In this document: positions 40,026 to 47,335 of the stretch, piece by piece
How positions within the stretch are numbered: the stretch's first letter is position 1
Layout: each line of letters opens with the position of its first letter
IMG/VR virus record: IMGVR_UViG_3300012348_000120
Direction: 5' to 3' (one strand)
DNA length: 64,000 nucleotides
Origin: a virus
Taxonomy: Duplodnaviria; Heunggongvirae; Uroviricota; Caudoviricetes
Position numbers and translations under genes: made by a program
Notes under the pieces: model-generated
What the model saw: the letters and a program-made list of their open reading frames with translations, nothing else
Told to the model about the DNA's origin: nothing
Databases searched by the model: none

Positions 40026-40941
40026 ATATTCGTTGATTCATAACAACAGAAGGCGCGTGTGTATATTCGGGTATTGCATTATGCTTTAAAAATCTTTCGT
40101 ATGTTTTATCAAAATCATGATTTCTCATTAATACAGACGAATAATGTTTTGTTGATAATAGACAGTTTAATGATATGAGAGAAACGTAAAAGCAATTTTC
40201 AAATATCATTCGTTTTCCAAATAGTGTTGTGTTTTGATGATTGGTCTTGAACATCTGCTTTGTTAGGTTCTCAAATATTATATCTGTTTTTGCGGATTTT
40301 TTTACGATAAACCAAAGATCACTGATACCGTTTGGTATTATATTATCGTTCATTTCAGGAACTTTATTCCCTGTCCATAGATTTCTTCCGCCAGTCATAA
40401 GATCAGAACCATGAGAGCAAAAGTCATTCAATATATTTGAAAAATCATCTCTGAAAAAGCAATCATATCTTAGTTTTATTAGATAATCAAAGAAGATGCC
40501 ATGTTGCTGTTCATACGTTTGTATGTGATTGTATACGCGACTCCAAGAGTATGGCTGCGAATAATAGTTACACAAATCAACGTATGAAGCGTAATCAATT
40601 TCTACGTTTGTGGATTTAAATAGGTTATGGTATATTGAGTTATACAGCCGATCCTCACCAATGAATGATTGTATGGTTTCGTATATTGACCTCTGCGATA
40701 AAACAATAATATTATCTGGGTATATGTTAATCGGTTTAAATACTTCTGTCTCAAATCCAATGTTATCCATCACAAATTTGTTATTTTTTATGGCATCAGG
40801 TATATGGTTATTGTCCCATAACTGAAAAAATATAACCAACTCACTATTTTCTATTTTTTTAAGTATGGGCAATACGTGCTCTACCCACTTTGAATAGAAC
40901 CCACGGGTGTTTCCTGTTACTGCTATTGCTATCTTTTTCAT
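40000..40941 (-). CDS. Uncharacterised IAVC-x-G family protein
   Basis: KKIAIAVTGNTR, FFQLW, FDYLIKLRYDC, DLWF; TATAAATA at 40960-40953 upstream. Confidence 0.6.
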   Translation of the reverse strand: MKKIAIAVTGNTRGFYSKWVEHVLPILKKIENSELVIFFQLWDNNHIPDAIKNNKFVMDNIGFETEVFKPINIYPDNIIVLSQRSIYETIQSFIGEDRLYNSIYHNLFKSTNVEIDYASYVDLCNYYSQPYSWSRVYNHIQTYEQQHGIFFDYLIKLRYDCFFRDDFSNILNDFCSHGSDLMTGGRNLWTGNKVPEMNDNIIPNGISDLWFIVKKSAKTDIIFENLTKQMFKTNHQNTTLFGKRMIFENCFYVSLISLNCLLSTKHYSSVLMRNHDFDKTYERFLKHNAIPEYTHAPSVVMNQRIFKNLEQGQ

Positions 40942-40952
40942 TTGAGTAATCT

Positions 40953-41001
40953 TATTTATATTAGACTTAAAATGCAAGCAACTATCTGTTGGTCATAAAT
41001 A
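40953..41001. promoter_or_regulatory. Divergent pair of T4-type late promoters
   Basis: TATAAATA on the minus strand (40960-40953) and CATAAATA on the plus strand (40994-41001) between divergent genes. Confidence 0.65.
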
Positions 41002-41006
41002 ATACA

Positions 41007-41912
41007 ATGATTGAATATGCATATATTGAAACTACTAACTATTGCAATCTCCAATGCACTTTTTGTAATAGACATGAAGTCATCGGTGCATTGCAACATA
41101 TGCCAGTAGATAAATTCATTGAATTGATGGAGAAGATAAAGCACCATCCTATCAACACTGCAAAGTTGATGGGAATGGGTGAACCATTTATGCATCCCAA
41201 GTTCAATGAAATATGCAGAATTTTCAAACATTATTTTCCAGACGCATTTCTTATAGTCGCCACCAATTGTCAATACAAGATTCGTCCTTGGTTTGAAGAA
41301 TGCCTTCAACATATTGATATGCTATACCTAAGTATAGATGGTTACAAAACCAGCTATGAGATATATCGCCCACCAAGTAAGTGGGAAAAGCTGGTGCAAT
41401 TCTTAGAGATGATGAAAGACATTCCAAGACATGGGTGTAGGATTGTATGTAACTATGTGGTGAACCCTGGGAATGTGTCCGATATAAAGTTGGTTCAAGA
41501 CAACATTGTTGTTCCTTATAAGTTGGAACAACTGAGACTGAACATCGCGCAGGATTGGAGCGAAGATCGGAGTATGCCAGGCGGATACACAAAGGAACAA
41601 TTAGACTATTTGAAGTCTGATTGGAAGGATTGTATTCAGGGTAAAAGTGAATGGAACTACTCTGATTGCTTCTGGGTAAATAATGGATTGTATGTTACAG
41701 TAGAAGGTAGAGTATTAGCTTGTTGTATGAATACGGCGGCAAAACAATTCGGAAATATCTTTCAAGACAGTATTGAAAACATACATAACGGGACTGATTA
41801 CCAATTAGTGAAGTACGGATGTTCATCTAACAATCCAACTTCGCATTGCAAAAATTGTAGTTACAAAGAATTGGTTCCGATGCTAAAAGAAATAGGAATA
41901 CAAAGTGCCTAA
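41007..41912 (+). CDS. Radical SAM protein with C-terminal SPASM/twitch domain (#7)
   Basis: CNLQCTFC, GMGEP, SIDG; C-terminal C..ACC..FGN..CKNC. Confidence 0.92.
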   Translation: MIEYAYIETTNYCNLQCTFCNRHEVIGALQHMPVDKFIELMEKIKHHPINTAKLMGMGEPFMHPKFNEICRIFKHYFPDAFLIVATNCQYKIRPWFEECLQHIDMLYLSIDGYKTSYEIYRPPSKWEKLVQFLEMMKDIPRHGCRIVCNYVVNPGNVSDIKLVQDNIVVPYKLEQLRLNIAQDWSEDRSMPGGYTKEQLDYLKSDWKDCIQGKSEWNYSDCFWVNNGLYVTVEGRVLACCMNTAAKQFGNIFQDSIENIHNGTDYQLVKYGCSSNNPTSHCKNCSYKELVPMLKEIGIQSA

Positions 41913-42918
41913 GATTAACCAACATTTACTCACAGTGAGTAGAGCCACCCCTCCATATGCTGATCCGAACAAAATACGTCTTCATGCAAGCGAAAGAGAT
42001 TATCCATACTCTGATATTATCTGGAATGATTTCTTGCGACGAATACAACCAACCGATATAATGTATTATCCAAACATTGATTCCGCATATGATGTGTTGG
42101 AACAATTTTGTGATATACCAAAAAAGTATCTAACATTGTTTGATGGCAGTTCAAATGGAATACGCAATCTGTTTTCCGTATTTGTAACACCAGCATCAAC
42201 TGTTATAACCACAAATCCATCATTTCCTATGTATAAAGTCTATGCTGATATATATCGGGCAGAATGCAAAATGATTGATTATACCACGGACAAATTTCCA
42301 GTTGATGAAATGATTTCAGCGATTGATGAAAATACGTCAGTGGTCATAATTAGCAATCCCAGTAGTCCTGTTGGTGATGCAATATCGTATGACGATGTGA
42401 TAAAAATTGCAAACAAATGCTACGACAATGATGCATTATTAATTGTAGATGAGGCATACATAGAGTTTAGCAACGCCAGAACGATGGCCTCATATGCAAT
42501 GAGTGCCGATCATCTGATTGTCTTGCGAACATTTAGTAAAGCGTTTGGAAGTGCGGGGGCAAGAATTGGATATGCAGTTGCCAATAAAACAAACACACAC
42601 CATCTTTCCTTGGTTCGCAGTATGAATGAAATATCTGGGTGCAGTGTCAAATGGATGGAAACACTATGTGATCACAAAATAGATGCAAAGATATACATTG
42701 AATCCGTAATAAAAAATCGTAATCTGATACAAACGCAAAACAACATACGAGGTCGTTCTGTGATATGCAGTGAGACTAACTTCATCCATGTTTCGGATTT
42801 AGTTCTTCCGTATGACTTCACTTACAAAACTACAACGATGCCTTGGTCAGACAAGGTATATGCAAGGATAAGCATACCAGCTAATATCAACACCGTTGAT
42901 AGGCTACTGTCACTGTAA
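41905..42918 (+). CDS. PLP-dependent class I/II aminotransferase (HisC/CobD-like)
   Basis: PSFPMY, SNPSSPVG, VDEAY, RTFSKAFGSAGARIGY (PLP Lys). Confidence 0.88.
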   Translation: MPKINQHLLTVSRATPPYADPNKIRLHASERDYPYSDIIWNDFLRRIQPTDIMYYPNIDSAYDVLEQFCDIPKKYLTLFDGSSNGIRNLFSVFVTPASTVITTNPSFPMYKVYADIYRAECKMIDYTTDKFPVDEMISAIDENTSVVIISNPSSPVGDAISYDDVIKIANKCYDNDALLIVDEAYIEFSNARTMASYAMSADHLIVLRTFSKAFGSAGARIGYAVANKTNTHHLSLVRSMNEISGCSVKWMETLCDHKIDAKIYIESVIKNRNLIQTQNNIRGRSVICSETNFIHVSDLVLPYDFTYKTTTMPWSDKVYARISIPANINTVDRLLSL

Positions 42919-44010
42919 CTTAAATGCGGCTGGCCCTCTACTCATTGGTAACTCATCATTCTCTGACCCCCATTCGCCATGATGGAAGGTTTGTTGTATT
43001 TTATTCATATTGTATCTGTGCGTAGCGTCTGCTGACATTCTTTTCAACTCAGCTACAGGATCGTTGAAATAACTATCTGGCACCGAATATATTGGGTGAA
43101 TAATTCGTGTGTCGTGTGCGCCAACTGAACGAACACTCATCTTTTCTACTATCATCTTGTCTAAGAATGCACATTCTTCGGTTGGCGCACAAGTCGGATG
43201 AGACGTTCTAAATTTAAATGTTTCGTTCTCAAAACTCTGTATTGAAAACGGTAGTAGATTATTCGCAAGCCTTCTGAACGTTTCATCATTCGAATACATC
43301 CAAAAGTCAATCACCGAATATGTATAGTTGTCGTTTTTAGCCAACACGTTTTTTATTTCTTCAATCGGTTTGTCCCTCATTTTTCTTACAATACTTGGAA
43401 CATACATAGTATTATCCGAAATTTTTAAATCCTTGAAAACCATATTTGTGAGTTTCACGTAGTGTGTGAGTAGATCGTATCTCCATTTTAATATGGCATC
43501 ATACTTATTTTTTGGAACTATGTTTACTATTTCTTGTAATGCATAAAACTGCGCACGTTGATTTATGAAGTCAACATAACTAATATGAAATGAGCACCAG
43601 TTTTGAATATCTTCAAGTGTAGTAAAAACTGATTCGTGTATAAACTTTGGCCCCGTATATGGATTTGCCACATTCGTATTTTCAAATCTTACATAATTTG
43701 TTTTTGTGTCAAGATTGGAATTTTTTACTATGTCAGAAAAATTAAGACCCAAAATATCTTTTGGTTTTATATATGATATTATATCACTATAAACTTGATT
43801 TTCTACTTTCGGCAATTTGATTATATGTGGTGAACGTTCTATTTCTTCTGACAACTCATAGAAGTATCGGTTAGATGAATTCCAATACTGAACGTAAAAA
43901 TCAAATGAAACATTGGTTGTTTCTGAAATGTATTCAAAAATTTTGAAAACTTTGTTTAAGTTGACAGGATTGATTTTACATAATCCTGTCAAGCATACTG
44001 CTACTCTCAT
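42910..44010 (-). CDS. Uncharacterised IAVC-x-G family protein
   Basis: MRVAVCLTG, YVQYW, YDAILKWRYDL, DFWMY; AAGGAG RBS and GATAAATA (44035-44028) upstream. Confidence 0.6.
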   Translation of the reverse strand: MRVAVCLTGLCKINPVNLNKVFKIFEYISETTNVSFDFYVQYWNSSNRYFYELSEEIERSPHIIKLPKVENQVYSDIISYIKPKDILGLNFSDIVKNSNLDTKTNYVRFENTNVANPYTGPKFIHESVFTTLEDIQNWCSFHISYVDFINQRAQFYALQEIVNIVPKNKYDAILKWRYDLLTHYVKLTNMVFKDLKISDNTMYVPSIVRKMRDKPIEEIKNVLAKNDNYTYSVIDFWMYSNDETFRRLANNLLPFSIQSFENETFKFRTSHPTCAPTEECAFLDKMIVEKMSVRSVGAHDTRIIHPIYSVPDSYFNDPVAELKRMSADATHRYNMNKIQQTFHHGEWGSENDELPMSRGPAAFKLQ

Positions 44011-44030
44011 TCCTATCTCCTTTCGGATAT

Positions 44031-44798
44031 TTATCGGATAAGAGATACGTATGTTAGTTTTGTTTCGTTGAACTCTTTATATTTCCAATCTTTGCCGAGT
44101 GATTTCACCTTCGCAGTGGCACCATAATAGCCAACTTGTTTTGTAAGTTCTTCTTTGGTTGTAAAGAAACTTACGAGGTCGCCATCATTTGCAATAGCAG
44201 TGATAGACCAACCAGAGTAGTTGTCGCCTTCCACCCTGCGAACTGAAATGTTTTCAATCGCCAGTTTTAGCTTTTCACCCTCTTTACCAAGATGCTTACT
44301 ATTGGAAATTCGTTCTTTATACCCACGTTCCTTTTCCTGATTCTCACTATAGAAAGGAAGATACGCAACAATACCAAAGTCGTTTGACATTACTTCTGGT
44401 TTTGCAATGATCTTTAGAACACTTCCTTCGTAGCCCTCTGCATCATTCGTGAGCGCCTTGAACATAAAATCAAGTTGCAATGAAGAAAGCATTTCCTTGG
44501 CTTCGTCCACACGTTCCTTTACGAGAGATGGATAGTGAACCAATAGCATTGTCACCAGAGTGTAGTTTGAAAGTTTGACCACTTCAAACGAATCGTATTC
44601 ATCGCCTCTGTGATCAATCTTTCTGACGTATTCGGACTTGCCGCCCTTCTTGATGTATTCATTATTATTCAACTCTTTTGCAATAATCGCAGAAGCGATT
44701 ACATTTTCAAGCGCAGTATCACCCTGAGTGCGATAGTCAGTATCAAATACGAGTCGTTTTCCTTTGTAAGAATAGATTGCAAAGTCTGAGTATTCCAT
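44031..44798 (-). CDS. Hypothetical phage protein with probable C-terminal OB-like fold
   Basis: AGGAG RBS and its own sigma70 promoter; C-terminal SKHLGKEGEK...AKVK...ETKLTYV beta-strand pattern. Confidence 0.65.
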   Translation of the reverse strand: MEYSDFAIYSYKGKRLVFDTDYRTQGDTALENVIASAIIAKELNNNEYIKKGGKSEYVRKIDHRGDEYDSFEVVKLSNYTLVTMLLVHYPSLVKERVDEAKEMLSSLQLDFMFKALTNDAEGYEGSVLKIIAKPEVMSNDFGIVAYLPFYSENQEKERGYKERISNSKHLGKEGEKLKLAIENISVRRVEGDNYSGWSITAIANDGDLVSFFTTKEELTKQVGYYGATAKVKSLGKDWKYKEFNETKLTYVSLIR

Positions 44799-44824
44799 CG
44801 CATGGTTCTCCTATGTTTGCTTAC

Positions 44825-44862
44825 ACTGTATAGCGATTCGTTCTGTTTGTCAAGCATAAATA
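44825..44862. promoter_or_regulatory. Back-to-back sigma70 promoter (minus) and late promoter (plus)
   Basis: Minus strand TTGACA (44853-44848), 17 bp, TACAGT (44830-44825), with CGATTCG in the spacer; plus strand ATAAATA 44856-44862. Confidence 0.7.
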
Positions 44863-44896
44863 ATGTTGGTAGTTTATAACTAAGAAGGAATAATAC

Positions 44897-45640
44897 ATGC
44901 TATACGCAAACGGATGTAGCTTTACAGCGGGGACTGGGCTTGACGACGAAGAAAAGGCTTGGCCGTTCATTCTCGGTGAAATGATGGGAATAGAAAAAGA
45001 CAAAGTTCTTACCGAAGCAAACAAAGGAGTGAGCAATCAGTATATTGTTCGTTCTGCCATCACATCACTTAGCAATTTGATAGACCTTGGAGACAAGCCT
45101 TTTGTTGCGATTGGACTTACGGCTCCATCTCGCAGAGAGTTTTACTTCAGCAAGAACGGCGGAAAGTTGATACACAACATTCCATCGCCTGAGTTTCAGC
45201 ATATTGATGGATTAGACGAGACATCAAATACTGAACTCCATGTTTTTAACAACCTGTATATTAAGTATTTGTGGAACCCAGTATACGACTTTCATTTGTA
45301 TATGACACATGTTTTAACCCTGCAAAACTTTTTTAAGGCAAATGATTTGGACTATATAATATTCAACAGTTTAAATCTAACTCCGAATTTAACAGAAGAA
45401 AATAAGTTTGAGGCATTATGCCATCAGGCTAATATGAGTGCTGTTTTCAAGCAGTTTGATATGAATAGAATATATGAGGATCAGACGTTTTTTACATATA
45501 TATATGATCGTGGGCTTTATTTCACCGACGAAGGCAATGATGCATTTATGCATCCAAACGAACAAGCACACAAAGAATGGGCAGAAGTGTTGATGAAAGA
45601 CATAACTGCAACAATGATAAAGGAAAGAATGAAACGATGA
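44897..45640 (+). CDS. SGNH hydrolase-like protein
   Basis: LYANGCSFT, GVSN, C-terminal HPNEQAHKEWA. Confidence 0.7.
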   Translation: MLYANGCSFTAGTGLDDEEKAWPFILGEMMGIEKDKVLTEANKGVSNQYIVRSAITSLSNLIDLGDKPFVAIGLTAPSRREFYFSKNGGKLIHNIPSPEFQHIDGLDETSNTELHVFNNLYIKYLWNPVYDFHLYMTHVLTLQNFFKANDLDYIIFNSLNLTPNLTEENKFEALCHQANMSAVFKQFDMNRIYEDQTFFTYIYDRGLYFTDEGNDAFMHPNEQAHKEWAEVLMKDITATMIKERMKR

Positions 45641-45762
45641 TTGGACATATTAAAGACTTTTGGGCGCTAATAACATATCCATACAGAGATTGGAAACGCC
45701 GCAAAGAATTAAAAAAGCGTATAGAAGAACTTCGTAAACGCGATCCATTTATTTACAAATAA
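45637..45762 (+). CDS. 41-aa basic microprotein ending DPFIYK (carbamoyltransferase-associated)
   Basis: ATGA overlap with the SGNH gene; MIGHIKDFWALITYPYRDWKRRKELKKRIEELRKRDPFIYK. Confidence 0.7.
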   Translation: MIGHIKDFWALITYPYRDWKRRKELKKRIEELRKRDPFIYK

Positions 45763-45771
45763 GGTTTGAAT

Positions 45772-47292
45772 ATGAAAGTAATGGGAATATCTGGCGCATT
45801 AAACCATGATGCGGCAGTTTCTATCGTTGAGAATGGAAACATTCTTTATGCTTCTCATAGTGAGAGATATAGCAAAATAAAGAACGACTCTAACCTCAAT
45901 AGCCAAATCATAAACGATGCATTGTCGTATGGTAAGCCAGATGTTATTGCGTGGTATGAGAATCCATACCTGAAAAAGACACGGCAGTTTTGGGCGGGGC
46001 AATATCAATATGCGGCTGATCTAAACGATTTGCCACGACAATACATAAACAAGTATTTCCCACAGTTGAAAAATATTCCTATTGAATATCAATCACATCA
46101 TTATACTCATGCAGCGAGTGGATACTTCACCAGTAAGTATGCGGATGCCTGTATTATTGTGCTGGACAGCATAGGAGAGTGGGAAACATTTACCATATGG
46201 GACGGAAACGGAACCACCATTGAGAAAATATATAGTCAATCGTATCCTCATTCTGTTGGATTGTTCTATTCCGCGATGACACAACGTCTTGGATTGAAGC
46301 CACAAGAGGATGAGTATATTCTTATGGGAATGGCTGCATACGGTGATGCATACCGCAAGGTAAATGGGGTTTCACTTGTAGACAAAATATTCAAAGACTT
46401 CGGTATTCGGTTTCACTATGATAGTAAGGTTGTGTCCTTCAAAGAGAACTTGCATCGTGGTTGTAAGTGGTGGATGCCAGAGTTGAATACTGAGCAAGAT
46501 CATTTTGATATTGCGGCAGCGACACAGCGAGTATACGAGATAATTCTAAGACAGGTAATTACATATGCTAAGACTGTCAGCAGAAGTAAGAATCTTGTGA
46601 TTATGGGCGGTTGTGCTCTAAACTGTTCCGCCAATTCAACCATAACAAAAGAATATGATAATGTGTGGATTATGCCAAATCCTGGAGATGCTGGTTCTTG
46701 TATTGGAGCAACACAAAAGTTTTTTGATGAGCGAATAAATTGGACTACTCCGTATCTTGGATATGACATTGTAGGAGAATATCCAATTGAAAATGTGTTG
46801 AAAGATTTGCTCAAAGGAAACATATGTGGTATTGCGTCTGGCCGTGCAGAATTTGGACCAAGAGCACTCGGAAACAGAACCCTTACCGCTGACCCTCGTG
46901 GAAATGAAATCAAAGATAGAATGAACGAAATAAAGAAACGACAGAAATTCAGACCATTTGCACCGATGATACTGGAAGAAGATGTGAATGATTATTTTGA
47001 ATTGCCACCAAACATTTCACAATCTCCGTATATGCAGTTTGTAGCAAAGTGTAAGCATCCACAGGACTTTCCTGCGATCATTCATGCAGATGGAACATCC
47101 CGTGTCCAAACTGTAAACAAAGAGCAACATGCTGACCTATACGAACTCTTGAAGTCATTCAAGGATAAGACTGGATGCCCTATGTTGGTAAACACTTCTT
47201 TGAACATCAAAGGTATGCCAATAGTAAATGACGAAGAAGATGCTCAAAAATTTCAGTCATATTATGAAACAAACGTCTTTACATCCGTATAA
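45772..47292 (+). CDS. Carbamoyltransferase (NodU/CmcH/TobZ family)
   Basis: HDAAV, HHYTHAASG, DSIGE, EYILMGMAAYG, GGCALNC, GDAG, EFGPRALGNR, FRPFAP, DGTSRVQ, NTSLN. Confidence 0.95.
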   Translation: MKVMGISGALNHDAAVSIVENGNILYASHSERYSKIKNDSNLNSQIINDALSYGKPDVIAWYENPYLKKTRQFWAGQYQYAADLNDLPRQYINKYFPQLKNIPIEYQSHHYTHAASGYFTSKYADACIIVLDSIGEWETFTIWDGNGTTIEKIYSQSYPHSVGLFYSAMTQRLGLKPQEDEYILMGMAAYGDAYRKVNGVSLVDKIFKDFGIRFHYDSKVVSFKENLHRGCKWWMPELNTEQDHFDIAAATQRVYEIILRQVITYAKTVSRSKNLVIMGGCALNCSANSTITKEYDNVWIMPNPGDAGSCIGATQKFFDERINWTTPYLGYDIVGEYPIENVLKDLLKGNICGIASGRAEFGPRALGNRTLTADPRGNEIKDRMNEIKKRQKFRPFAPMILEEDVNDYFELPPNISQSPYMQFVAKCKHPQDFPAIIHADGTSRVQTVNKEQHADLYELLKSFKDKTGCPMLVNTSLNIKGMPIVNDEEDAQKFQSYYETNVFTSV

Positions 47293-47306
47293 AATTTTGA
47301 TATAAT
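47278..47306 (+). promoter_or_regulatory. Sigma70-type promoter
   Basis: TTTACA (47278-47283), 17 bp, TGa-TATAAT (47301-47306); AGGAG RBS before ATG 47336. Confidence 0.7.
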
Positions 47307-47335
47307 ATTACAAATATTAGTCTATAGGAGAAACT

